From NCBI GenBank assembly GCA_018969295.1, contig JAGWYN010000020.1, positions 1,919 to 65,918 of the forward strand: 64,000 nt of DNA, given 5' to 3'. The position numbers were made by a program, and so were the translations under genes. This DNA comes from Chloroflexota bacterium. GTDB lineage: Bacteria > Chloroflexota > Anaerolineae > Caldilineales > Caldilineaceae. The notes beneath the pieces were generated by a model. That model ran no database searches. It was not told the origin of the DNA and worked only from the letters and a program-made list of their open reading frames with translations. Position 1 is the stretch's first letter; each line of letters opens with the position of its first letter. This document shows, one piece after another, positions 38,368-48,060 of the stretch.

Positions 38368-40664
38368 TGGCCCAGCTCGACGATCTGGATGAAGAAGAGG
38401 TTGCCGGCTGGTTTCCGGCGGCAATCTGGAGGAGTGCGCTGCAGCTGGAAAATGCGTTTACGGAGCAAAAACGTGTGGGCGCCCGGCTGGAGGCATGCTG
38501 TCAGAACCAGCACCAGGTGACAGTGCTCGTGCAGCGCAACCAGTGGCAGGGGGAGTGCACCTGCCCCAAAGGCAAAGCTGGAGAGTGCAAACATGTGGCT
38601 GCTTTGCTGGCGCACTGGCTGCGTCACCCGATCGCCTTTGCGTCGCAGACAGAAGCTGTGAAGGTCGAAGTGCTGCAGGTCAGGCCAGCCGCTGTGCCGT
38701 CAGCAGCGTATGTCTCTCCTGGCTGGCTCGTACAGGGTCCTGGTTGGAGCCCGCAGGATGCGCATGAGGAGTTGCAGCAGTTTTTGGAAGAATATACGGT
38801 CGTTTTGTTGCGCTCGATCGCTGCAGAGTGCGGCTGGTCGCTGCGTTCGACCCTCAAGTCGGCGATTGCCGACCAGTTTGCCAGCCAGATGGCTTCTCCC
38901 CAGGGGATTGCTGCTGCGTTGGCAGCCCTGAACGAACGCGAGCGTGAGCTGTTGGCTGTGGTGGCGATTGTCAACGAGCTGCCTTTTTACACGATGTTGG
39001 ATCACTCGGCCCGGCTGTTGTCCGCCTTGCGGCGGAACGTCAAACGTGTGGCTGTGGTCAAGATGGTAGAGACGCTGGCCCGGGCACCGCTGGTGTTCAG
39101 CGGCGCGTTGGCCCGTGAGCCGGACAGCCAGAAGGTGATTCTGCCGCAAGCGCTCTGGCCGCACCTGCCACCGCTGCTGGACGTCTTTCTCCCTGGCACA
39201 GCCGAGCTGCAGGCGGCGATGCAAGGCACGTTGGTCGCCACCCAGCCCAGACAGCTGCTCGATGCTGCGCTGCAGCTGTTGGTGGCGGTCGATCTGTGGG
39301 CTCCGGAGCGCGCGCCGCTCACCCCTCGCCCGGTTGCCGAGGATCAGTACAGCTGGCTGCGCGGCTGGGAATATGATGCGCAGGAGCTGCCCGGTCTCCT
39401 TGCCACGCTCCAACACAACAAGACGACCGCTCCTCTGCGGTTGATGGTGCCGCCCCCGCCGCGGCGGCTGAGCGCAGCCACCCTGCAGCAGCTCGACGTT
39501 GGGCAGAACAGCGTGGAACAGACAGATTTTTTGTTTGCGCTTCTGGAGGAAGCGGGATTGTTTCTGCCGGGAAGCCCGGTGCAGGTGGCAGTGGAGACCC
39601 GTACTGCCTTTTTGCGCCAGCCGCCGGCGGCGCAGCTGGCCATCCTGTTCGACGCGTACCAGACGCAGCGGGGATGGCAGGAAGGCTGGGAGGTCCTGCG
39701 TCAGAATTCGCCCAACCTCAGCCTGGTTCGCCTGGCGTCGGCGCAGGTGTTCGATGTGCGGAGCAGCCCAGAGGGGGTGGAGCGTGCTCTGCGCCAGCTG
39801 GCCAATCTGTTTTTGGCTGTGCTGGCCTGGCTGCCTGAAGAACGCTGGATTTCGGTGCTGGAACTGGAAAAATTGCTCTTCCACCTGAACCCAAAGTTCG
39901 ACGAACAGTGGCTGCCCGACCGGGCCTACAGCTCGGTGGCAAGCTGGTTTTTGAGCTGGCAGGGTCAGATGCTCGGCTACTCCTTTCAGGATTGGCAACG
40001 CTTTCAGGGCGCCGTGCTTTCCACACTCCTGCAAGGACCTCTGGTTTGGTTGGGGCTGGTGGATCTGAACAAGGTGGACGGGGCGGCCACCCATTTTTCT
40101 TTGCATGGGCTGGCCAGCCTGATGCGCCAAACGGGTACGGCGATCGCATTGGATCGGACGCAGGTGCAGACGGGCAGTCGGCCACAGCCGCTGACGCCGC
40201 CCCAGGTGGAAGGAGAGCAGATTCGGCTGCATCGGCTGGCGGGTGCCGCCACCCTGCTGCTGGAGAAAATCGCGCTCCCGCTGGGGATGCGCAACGGCGA
40301 TCTGCTTTACCGGCTGGAGGGTGCACGGGTGCATACGGCCTTTGAAAGCGGTGCCACCCCAGAGACGTTGTTGTCAGAATGGGAAGCATGTTTTGGGCAA
40401 GCTGCGCCTGACTCGTTGCGCGAACCGCTGCTGCACTGGTGGCAGGGCTATGGGGCCGCACGCATCTACCAAAACTTGACCCTGATCGAATTCAGCGACG
40501 AGTATGCGCTGCAGGAAGTGCGTGTCCTGGCGGCCAACCAGGGGATCCGAATGGCTGAACTGTCCAGCAATTCGGCGGTGATTCCCGTCGACAGCGTCGA
40601 CGCATTGGTGGCTGCCTTGCAGCGGGCCGGCCACACCCCCAAAGTGATGCAGCGTGGCAGCTGA
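38367..40664 (+). CDS. SWIM zinc-finger protein with C-terminal helicase-associated (XPB-NTD/p52-like) domain
   Basis: CTCPKGKAGECKH SWIM; GPLVWLGLVDL; YRLEGARVHTAFESG...LLHWWQGYG; TGATG coupling to the XPB stop. Confidence 0.75.
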   Translation: MAQLDDLDEEEVAGWFPAAIWRSALQLENAFTEQKRVGARLEACCQNQHQVTVLVQRNQWQGECTCPKGKAGECKHVAALLAHWLRHPIAFASQTEAVKVEVLQVRPAAVPSAAYVSPGWLVQGPGWSPQDAHEELQQFLEEYTVVLLRSIAAECGWSLRSTLKSAIADQFASQMASPQGIAAALAALNERERELLAVVAIVNELPFYTMLDHSARLLSALRRNVKRVAVVKMVETLARAPLVFSGALAREPDSQKVILPQALWPHLPPLLDVFLPGTAELQAAMQGTLVATQPRQLLDAALQLLVAVDLWAPERAPLTPRPVAEDQYSWLRGWEYDAQELPGLLATLQHNKTTAPLRLMVPPPPRRLSAATLQQLDVGQNSVEQTDFLFALLEEAGLFLPGSPVQVAVETRTAFLRQPPAAQLAILFDAYQTQRGWQEGWEVLRQNSPNLSLVRLASAQVFDVRSSPEGVERALRQLANLFLAVLAWLPEERWISVLELEKLLFHLNPKFDEQWLPDRAYSSVASWFLSWQGQMLGYSFQDWQRFQGAVLSTLLQGPLVWLGLVDLNKVDGAATHFSLHGLASLMRQTGTAIALDRTQVQTGSRPQPLTPPQVEGEQIRLHRLAGAATLLLEKIALPLGMRNGDLLYRLEGARVHTAFESGATPETLLSEWEACFGQAAPDSLREPLLHWWQGYGAARIYQNLTLIEFSDEYALQEVRVLAANQGIRMAELSSNSAVIPVDSVDALVAALQRAGHTPKVMQRGS

Positions 40665-40686
40665 CCCCGCAGGAGGAGAGGCAACG

Positions 40687-43023
40687 ATGAAGACTTCATC
40701 CAGTACAGCGCTGTTGAACACTTACCATGTCGATACCTTGTTCGAGCTGGCGGAGGCCCACGGGCTGAACGCTTCTCTGGGGAAAAAAAAGCTCTCCAAA
40801 GCAGAGCTGGTTGCCCTCTTGCAAGGAGAGCTTTTCACCGCAGCGCGCGTGCGGGCAAGCTACGCCGCGCTTGGGGAACCGGAGCGTACAGTGCTGAACT
40901 ACCTTCTTTATCGGGGGGGCAGCATGCGCAAAGACGCCCTGGCGCGCGATCTGGTGCGGGGCGGGGTGGTGCAGCCGATCGACCGCCGTGTGAGGCAGTA
41001 CGCCACCGAAGTGCTCTACGCGCCCGAGGAGCGGGGCGCGCAGAGCGCGCCAGGCTCACAGAAATTTCAGGATGTGCTGGCTCGGCTGACCCGCCTGGGG
41101 CTGGTCTTTTCGCGCCATCTGGAATGGATGCCGTTGCCGTACGCCTTGACGTTGCATCCGGCGGCCTTGATTCTGGTGCCCCCTGCCGTGCAGGCCTATC
41201 TGCCCAAGGTCAACGAGTCGCCGATCACCCCCCGGCCGCCGCAGCCCAAGCAGACGCAGCAGCACTCGCCGCTGCTGCGCAACCTGTTGGTGTACTGGGA
41301 GTATCTCCGCCAGAACCCGTTGCCGCTGTTGCGCAGCGGCTACCTGGGCAAACGGGCGATTCGCGCCATCAACCAAATTTTGTTGGAACCGGATCGCGCG
41401 GTCGACCACGCCGCCAGTGAAGGCGATGTGCCCATGCTGCTGAACCTGCGTGGCTGGCTGACGAGCTTGAAATTGATCGAACAGAGCGAAGACAAACTGG
41501 TTGCGGTGACACAGCCGAACCATCTGGTGCTGCCGTTCTGGACCCTCTCGACGCGCGCCCAGCAGCTCACGCTGCTCCGTATTTTGATCGAGGTGCGGTT
41601 GTCGGGCGCGCAGCCGTCGCGAGAGCCCTTCTGGGCGGTCGACCCACAGCAGGGGCTTGTGGGGGTGCTGCGGGCTTTGTTGGAAGGGGGAACGGTCTGG
41701 CAGGATGTGAAGGATCTGGCCCACCTGGCGCGTACCCAGGACGCGGGCTTTCTGGTGCCGTCGTTCGCCACGCTGGGGCCGCAGCAAGCGGTCAATGTCT
41801 ACCTGGACGGGAATTTTATCCGGAGCCGCAGCCATCTGATCGATGTGATGGCGGTGCTGGAGGAATCCTTTGTCTATGAAATGACGACCGGACCGCTTTT
41901 CCAGCTGGGCCTGGTAGAACTGGGGGACTGGTCTTCCGCCAACGTCAAAGAGGAGGTGTTGATCCGGCTGACCGAGCAGGGCCGCCAGGCTGTCCAGGAT
42001 CTGTTGGCCGCACACCCTGCAGAGGCGGCGCTGGCAGAGAACAGCCAGGATCAGGGACGCATCGTCGTGCAGCCGAATTTCCACGTTCTGGCTTTGGGCC
42101 CGGTGCCCACACGCCTGTTGGCATATCTGTGCCTTTGTGCGAAGCGCACCAAGGCGGATCAGCACGTCTTTGAATACAGTCTGACGCGCGAGTCGATCTA
42201 TGCTGCGCAGCAGGCTGGCTTTGCCACAGACGCAGTGATTCAGTTTTTGGAAGAAGCTGCCGGCGGCGCTCTGCCCCAGAATGTGCGGCGTTCGTTGTGG
42301 GAGTGGGGGCAGCACCATGAGCGGATTGTCTTCCGCCCGGATGTCAGTTTGCTGCAGACAAAAGACGCCGCGCAGCTGGAACGGCTGCTGGCAGATCCTG
42401 CGGTCAGCAGCCAGTTGGAGCGCACACTGGCCCCGTCGATCGCCCTGCTCAAACCCCAGGCAGCGCGCGCGCTCTCTGACACGTTGTTGACAAAAGGGAT
42501 CTTGCCAGCGCTCACCGACGCCGACCTCGGGCAGACGGACAACGACGTGGTCGTCCAGCCCGACGGTACGGTGCTCCCTGTCCACGCTGTTCCCAACCTT
42601 TTTCTGTTGGAACGGCTGACACAGCTGGCTGAGGTGGATGGGCAGGGGCTCTGGCGGCTGACCGAACAGAAGATCTGCCAGCGTGGGTACGGACGAGAAG
42701 CGACGCTGGCCAGTTTACAGGAATTGGCCAGCCTGCACCGCGGCCAGCTGGCGGAGGCTGTGGTCTCCACCGTCAAACGGTGGGGAGGCTTTTATGGGGA
42801 GGTCGCTGCTGCCAACGTAGCCCTGTTCGAATTTGAGAGCAAGGCGCATCTGGCCGCTGTGCGCGAAGACCCACTGTTGGAACAGCTGCTGGTTCCCTTC
42901 AACGCAGGCGAGCGGGCTCTGGCTCTGGCCCCAGCCGAACGATTTGCTGACGTCCGACAGCGGCTTGACGAGCTGGGTGTGAAGCATGGGCGCAGGTTGC
43001 CAGAACTCCGGTCACAGGAGTGA
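40687..43023 (+). CDS. Helicase-associated-domain protein (two XPB-NTD/p52-like repeats), paralog of the upstream gene
   Basis: GPLFQLGLVEL; GRIVVQPNFHV...LTRESIYAAQQAG...LPQNVRRSLWEWG; second repeat VVVQPDGTV...WRLTEQKI; AGGAG RBS. Confidence 0.78.
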   Translation: MKTSSSTALLNTYHVDTLFELAEAHGLNASLGKKKLSKAELVALLQGELFTAARVRASYAALGEPERTVLNYLLYRGGSMRKDALARDLVRGGVVQPIDRRVRQYATEVLYAPEERGAQSAPGSQKFQDVLARLTRLGLVFSRHLEWMPLPYALTLHPAALILVPPAVQAYLPKVNESPITPRPPQPKQTQQHSPLLRNLLVYWEYLRQNPLPLLRSGYLGKRAIRAINQILLEPDRAVDHAASEGDVPMLLNLRGWLTSLKLIEQSEDKLVAVTQPNHLVLPFWTLSTRAQQLTLLRILIEVRLSGAQPSREPFWAVDPQQGLVGVLRALLEGGTVWQDVKDLAHLARTQDAGFLVPSFATLGPQQAVNVYLDGNFIRSRSHLIDVMAVLEESFVYEMTTGPLFQLGLVELGDWSSANVKEEVLIRLTEQGRQAVQDLLAAHPAEAALAENSQDQGRIVVQPNFHVLALGPVPTRLLAYLCLCAKRTKADQHVFEYSLTRESIYAAQQAGFATDAVIQFLEEAAGGALPQNVRRSLWEWGQHHERIVFRPDVSLLQTKDAAQLERLLADPAVSSQLERTLAPSIALLKPQAARALSDTLLTKGILPALTDADLGQTDNDVVVQPDGTVLPVHAVPNLFLLERLTQLAEVDGQGLWRLTEQKICQRGYGREATLASLQELASLHRGQLAEAVVSTVKRWGGFYGEVAAANVALFEFESKAHLAAVREDPLLEQLLVPFNAGERALALAPAERFADVRQRLDELGVKHGRRLPELRSQE

Positions 43024-46000
43024 GCAAGGAGGACACGATGAATGTCTTGAAAGTGGGGTGGGTGATTGGCCTGGGGATGTGGCTGTGGTGGGGCCAGCCG
43101 GTCGCTGCCCAGCCCGGCCCGGTGGGGCTCGACGACAGTGCGATCGCGCAGGAGGCCCTGCTGCACGACAGCCGCAGCGACCTCTATCGATCCCCCCTGG
43201 GGGCCCAGCCCGCCGGGCAGTCGGTGACGTTGCGGCTGCGCACCGCCGCCGACGACGTGCGCCAGGTCCATCTGCAGTGGGGAAGCGTGCGCGACGGCAC
43301 CTTGCGCGCCAAGACGCTGCAGGCGGTGGCCAGCGACGCAGAATATACCTGGTGGGAGACGACGATCGACACCGCCCCCACCGTCGATGTGCTCTCCTAT
43401 CTGTTCGTTGTACAAGATGGCGACACCGTGCTCTATTACACCGACGACCCACGGCTGGACGGCGGAGCCGGGCAGGTCTCTTCGACAGCCCCTCTCTCTG
43501 ACCAGGGGTGGAACCTCTACCTGTACGACCCAGGGTTTGTGGCGCCGGCCTGGGCGGCCGATGCCACCATCTACCAGATCTTTCCAGACCGGTTTCGCAA
43601 CGGAGAACCGAAGAACGACCCCACCGCGCAGGATTGGTTCTATCCTGAAGAATGTGGTGGACGAGCCCGCCCGATCACCCCTTGGAACAGCCTGGTGCCC
43701 GATCCGGAGCCCAACGACCCAGGACGCAACCCGACCTGGCATGGCACCTACAACTGTACTTTTTACGGTGGGGATCTGCAAGGGGTCTGGGAGCAGTTGG
43801 ACTACCTGCAGGCGCTGGGGGTGACCACCCTCTATTTCAACCCGATCTTTGATTCGCCCTCCAATCACAAATACGACGGGCGCGACTATCGACAGGTCGA
43901 CGAACAGCTGGCGTTGGTCGGCGACCCGGCGGGGAGCAACCAGTTTTTTGTCGAACTGGCCGCTGCACTGGCAGAGCGAGGCATGAACCTGATTTTGGAT
44001 GGGGTTCCCAATCACACGTCGAGCGACAGCCCGCTTTTTGATCGCTATGCCCGCCATCCAGGGGTGGGGGCCTGTGAGCAGGTGGCCAGCCCGGTGCGCA
44101 GCTGGTATTTTTTTGACCCAGCCCGCCCGGCGGGCAGCGGCCCTTGTGCCGGGGATGCTGCCTACCGTGGCTGGTTCAATGTGGCCACCCTGCCGCAGCT
44201 GGACACCGCCCACCCAGAGGTGGTCGAGAGCTGGATCGGCGCCGACGGCATTGCGACCCGCTGGCTGGAGGTGCCTGGCGTGGCGGGCTGGCGGATCGAT
44301 GTGGTGCCAGATGTTGTCGGCATCAACCCCCGTTTTTTTGCGCAGATGCGCCAGGCGGTCAAAACTGCCCACCCGGAGGCCTTGTTGATCTCCGAGACCT
44401 GGCGTGAGCAGGATGCTCGGCTGCGGGTGTTGGGGGATGAATTTGACACGACGATGAACTATCGTTTCCGGCAGGCGGTGCTTGGTTTTTTGCGAGACAG
44501 CGATTTTCGTGACAACGACGGCAGCCTGCCGGCGCTCTCTGCCCGTGAATTTGAGTCCGCCCTGCGCGCAATCCAGGAGGATTATCCGCCTGCTGCGTTT
44601 GCTACGGCGATGAACCTGCTTTCTTCGCACGATGTCAACCGGGCGGTACGTGTGCTCGACCCTGACGGCCTTGGCGAGCAGAGTGGGTTTGTGGAAGGGC
44701 GTGCTCGGCTGGCGTTGGCGGCGGTGCTGCAGTTCACCCTGCCCGGTGCACCGACCCTCTACTACGGCGACGAAGTGGGGTTGGTCGGTTTTGGCAGCGA
44801 TGTCGGCCGCGACGACCCCTACAACCGCCAGCCTTACCCCTGGCCCGATGCCCCCGGCTATGACCGCCTGCCTGGCTGGCGACAGCAGGACCTGACGCTG
44901 CTGGAGCACTATCGGCGGCTGGGCCAGCTGCGTCGGCAGCATAGTTTTTTGCGGACAGGCTCCTGGGAAACGCTCTGGGTGGACGATGCCGGGCTGATCG
45001 TGTACGGGCGCAAAAATGGGGAAGGGGCAGCGCTGGTGGCGGTCAACCGCAGCCCAGCCACACAGCCGGTCAGCCTCAATCTGACCGGCTATCTGCCCTG
45101 GGGGGCAACGCTGCAGGATCCGTTTGGGAGTGCCCAGCTGACGGTGGGAGAAGTGGGCCAGTTTCAATTTGCGGTGCCTGCGCTGGGCTACCAGCTGTGG
45201 GTGACCGAAGAAGGGGTCGACCTCACGGTCCCGGAGCCGCCCGCGGTGCTGGCCAGCGCAGAAGCCAGCCACACCATCACAGTGACCTTGCAAGGAGATG
45301 CTGGTGCGGAACGGTACATTCTGCAGCGGTCGTGGGTCGACGGCGGCTACCAGGATGTGGCCGAGCTGCCGGCTGGGAGCGGCGCGGTACACTTTGTGGA
45401 GCGTGGGCTGGAGAACGGTGTCTCCTACTGGTATCGAGCGGTGGCAGTCAGCGCAGGGGGAGTGCGCAGCCTTCCTGGGTCTGCAGTCGCGCTGATCCCC
45501 CATCCCGCCATCCGTTCGATCGTGTTGGAGGAGCCGTTGGTGCTGCAGCATACCGTCAGCGCGATCGAGCCGACAGAGGAGATGCGGGCTGTGGTCGGGA
45601 TCGACGGTGAGAGCGATGGCCGCAGAGGGGTGCTGGTCCAGGCAGGCTGGGCGGCTGCTGGCAGCGAGAGCTGGACCTGGGTGACAGCCGACGCTGTCGC
45701 AGACAGCCAGGGAGGGGGAGAGCGCTATGTCGCCCGTCTGCTTCCGGCTGCGGCTGGCCGTTATATCGTCCGCTGGCGGGCTTCGACGACAGGGGGGCGT
45801 GAATGGACCTTCTCGGAGAAGACAGGGCAGCTGCAGGTTGCTGCCAGCCCGGACCGGACAGCCCCCAACCCGCCGTTTCGGCTCGACGAGATGGCCCGTT
45901 CTGGGGCGCTGATCTCGATCGCGATCCGTGCCTCGCGGCCAGCGGATCTCTTTGCCTACCGTGTCTGCCGCACCGATCTGAGTGCAAACGAGGCTGTGTG

Positions 46001-46823
46001 CGCTACCCAGGTCGATCTGGCCAGAGAGACCAACATCTTCACCGATACTGCGGTGACGGCCGGGCACACCTACCGATACAGTGTGCAGCTGGTGGACAAC
46101 GCCTTCAACGTGTCTCTTCCTTCGCACCCGATCACCCTGACTGCCGAGCTGAGCAAGGTGGAGGTCACCTGGCGTGTGCGGGTGCCGGCCGAGACGCCGG
46201 CCGCAGACCAGTTGTTTATCGCTGGAGACAACCTCGACGCGTTTTTGGCGGCCTACACCCCTGGTCTGACCCCGATGGTGCCGGCGGGCGACCAGATCTG
46301 GGAATTTACGGCCACGCTCCAAGAAGGAACTCGGCTGCAGTACAAATACACGCGCGGCAGCTGGGAAAGTGTCGAACAGTGGGGGTCGATCAGCGGCTAC
46401 ACCAACCGTCAGCTGACGGTGGTCAAAGGAGCCGACGGGCGGATGCAGGTCGACGACACAGCGACCGACTGGGGGGAGGAGGGGCCAGATGACCGCCGGG
46501 CGGTCCAGTTCTGGCGAGACCCGTTGGTCACAGCTGTGGAGCCTGCCGCAGAGAGCAGAGGGGGTACGCCAGCTGCGATCCAGGTCGACTTTTCCATTGC
46601 AGCGACCGCGGTGGACGCTGATCGGACGTCGGTGATCGTTGTGGTGGATTCAAAGGGGCGGGCGGTGGCTGGGACGGTCACCCAGCCGGGGGAACGCCGT
46701 TTTGTCTTCACGCCGGCGGCACCTTTGCTGCCAGACAGCTACACCGCGACTGCTTTCCAGGTCGAACAGACGACGGCGATGTTGCACCCCTATACGTGGC
46801 GTTTTGTGGTGGAAGAGCCCTGA
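43020..46823 (+). CDS. Secreted amylopullulanase / GH13 alpha-amylase with Fn3-like, CBM20 and Ig-like domains
   Basis: Signal peptide; IYQIFPDRF, GGDLQG, SNHKYD, GWRIDV, ISETW, LSSHD; CBM20-like VTWRVRVP...QYKYTRGSW; start 43020 or 43038. Confidence 0.92.
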   Translation: MSKEDTMNVLKVGWVIGLGMWLWWGQPVAAQPGPVGLDDSAIAQEALLHDSRSDLYRSPLGAQPAGQSVTLRLRTAADDVRQVHLQWGSVRDGTLRAKTLQAVASDAEYTWWETTIDTAPTVDVLSYLFVVQDGDTVLYYTDDPRLDGGAGQVSSTAPLSDQGWNLYLYDPGFVAPAWAADATIYQIFPDRFRNGEPKNDPTAQDWFYPEECGGRARPITPWNSLVPDPEPNDPGRNPTWHGTYNCTFYGGDLQGVWEQLDYLQALGVTTLYFNPIFDSPSNHKYDGRDYRQVDEQLALVGDPAGSNQFFVELAAALAERGMNLILDGVPNHTSSDSPLFDRYARHPGVGACEQVASPVRSWYFFDPARPAGSGPCAGDAAYRGWFNVATLPQLDTAHPEVVESWIGADGIATRWLEVPGVAGWRIDVVPDVVGINPRFFAQMRQAVKTAHPEALLISETWREQDARLRVLGDEFDTTMNYRFRQAVLGFLRDSDFRDNDGSLPALSAREFESALRAIQEDYPPAAFATAMNLLSSHDVNRAVRVLDPDGLGEQSGFVEGRARLALAAVLQFTLPGAPTLYYGDEVGLVGFGSDVGRDDPYNRQPYPWPDAPGYDRLPGWRQQDLTLLEHYRRLGQLRRQHSFLRTGSWETLWVDDAGLIVYGRKNGEGAALVAVNRSPATQPVSLNLTGYLPWGATLQDPFGSAQLTVGEVGQFQFAVPALGYQLWVTEEGVDLTVPEPPAVLASAEASHTITVTLQGDAGAERYILQRSWVDGGYQDVAELPAGSGAVHFVERGLENGVSYWYRAVAVSAGGVRSLPGSAVALIPHPAIRSIVLEEPLVLQHTVSAIEPTEEMRAVVGIDGESDGRRGVLVQAGWAAAGSESWTWVTADAVADSQGGGERYVARLLPAAAGRYIVRWRASTTGGREWTFSEKTGQLQVAASPDRTAPNPPFRLDEMARSGALISIAIRASRPADLFAYRVCRTDLSANEAVCATQVDLARETNIFTDTAVTAGHTYRYSVQLVDNAFNVSLPSHPITLTAELSKVEVTWRVRVPAETPAADQLFIAGDNLDAFLAAYTPGLTPMVPAGDQIWEFTATLQEGTRLQYKYTRGSWESVEQWGSISGYTNRQLTVVKGADGRMQVDDTATDWGEEGPDDRRAVQFWRDPLVTAVEPAAESRGGTPAAIQVDFSIAATAVDADRTSVIVVVDSKGRAVAGTVTQPGERRFVFTPAAPLLPDSYTATAFQVEQTTAMLHPYTWRFVVEEP

Positions 46824-46837
46824 AAGGATGAAAAAGG

Positions 46838-47647
46838 ATGGATGTCGAGCGCTATCGCGTGCTTCCGGGCAGCCGGGTAGAGCTGTCAGAGTGGGACCCA
46901 GAGGATCAACAGCTCTACAACGGAAGCAAAGAGAAGGGCAAGAGGGCTTTGCTGCCGCTCAACCGGAGGTTGGAAACCTTGCAGGAGCTGTTGTACGCCG
47001 AGAACAAGCACAAACTGCTGGTTGTGCTGCAGGGGGCAGACACAGCCGGCAAAGACGGCACGATTCGCCATGTCTTTGAAGGGGTCAATCCCCAGGGGGT
47101 CAAGGTGGCCAGCTTCAAAGTTCCGACCCCGGTCGAACTGGCCCACGATTATCTCTGGCGCGTCCATCAGCAGATGCCGGGACGGGGGGAAATTGTCATC
47201 TTCAACCGCAGCCACTACGAGGATGTGTTGGTCGTGCGTGTGCACAACCTGGTCGCCGGCGAGGTCTGGCAGCGGCGCTACGAACAGATCAACGCTTTTG
47301 AGTCGATGTTGGCGGACGAGGGGACGACGATTCTCAAATTTTTTTTGCACATCAGCAAAGAGGAGCAGAAAAAACGACTGCAGGATCGGCTGACGGACCG
47401 CGAGAAGCAGTGGAAATTCTCGCAGGGGGATCTGGCGGAGCGCCAGCATTGGGATCGGTACATGGAAGCGTATGAGGTGATGCTGAGCAAAACCAGCACG
47501 GTGCAGGCACCCTGGTACATTGTACCGGCCAACCGCAAATGGTACCGGAATTTGGTTGTCTCGCAGGTGATTTTGGCTGCGTTGGAGCGTCTGGAGATGC
47601 GCTACCCGGAGCCAGAACCCGGGCTGGATGGGGTGGTGATCGAATGA
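46838..47647 (+). CDS. ppk2: Polyphosphate kinase 2 family protein (class III-like)
   Basis: LQGADTAGKDGTI, VASFKVP, HDYLWR, FNRSHYEDVL, WKFS..DL.ER..W. Confidence 0.92.
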   Translation: MDVERYRVLPGSRVELSEWDPEDQQLYNGSKEKGKRALLPLNRRLETLQELLYAENKHKLLVVLQGADTAGKDGTIRHVFEGVNPQGVKVASFKVPTPVELAHDYLWRVHQQMPGRGEIVIFNRSHYEDVLVVRVHNLVAGEVWQRRYEQINAFESMLADEGTTILKFFLHISKEEQKKRLQDRLTDREKQWKFSQGDLAERQHWDRYMEAYEVMLSKTSTVQAPWYIVPANRKWYRNLVVSQVILAALERLEMRYPEPEPGLDGVVIE

Positions 47648-47698
47648 ACGGCGGGCACTGCATCAACCTTGGTTGGGCTGGCAGTGCCCGCTGTTCAT
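47644..47698. other. Long stem-loop after ppk2 (18-bp arms, one G-U pair, nested inner hairpin)
   Basis: ATGAACGGCGGGCACTGC (47644-61) pairs with GCAGTGCCCGCTGTTCAT (47681-98). Confidence 0.7.
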
Positions 47699-48060
47699 GG
47701 GAGCGGCCTGTCAAATGCCGGCGTTTGCACCGGCGGTCACCGCAAGCATCCCCAGGACGCCGATAATTCCCAGGATTAACATGACATAAAATATAGCCGA
47801 ATATCCGGATTCGTCATTCATCGTTGAAGTCCTTTTCGCGCAGTGGCTGTCTGAGCGGTCTTCTGCAGCGCCAAGGCAGCGATGCAGGGATCGGGCGGTT
47901 CTGCGACGGGTGGGGCAAGGATTGAGACGAACCGAGATCTACAGAAGAAGACGGGGTGTGCGGCAAAAAGTTACGCTGATTTTGGGCAGTTTGAGAGAAT
48001 GGAGCAGGCCGTGCGACAATAGGGGTCAGCCAAGAATTGCGAGAGAGGAGTGTGGAAGCT

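Noticed and set aside
36220-42585. Long minus-strand ORFs (538, 544 and 509 aa) opposite the XPB module
   Set aside because: Shadow frames with no recognisable domains; the plus strand has RBSs and coupled starts.
35354-43023. Methyltransferase plus helicase read as a BREX/DISARM/restriction-type defence system
   Set aside because: The NPPY methyltransferase has a THUMP domain and RlmL-like motifs, so it is an RNA methyltransferase. No PglZ, DUF1998, PLD or restriction nuclease was recognised.
42792-46322. 1176-aa minus-strand ORF
   Set aside because: Antisense shadow of the amylopullulanase; no motifs; long shadow ORFs are expected in GC-rich DNA.
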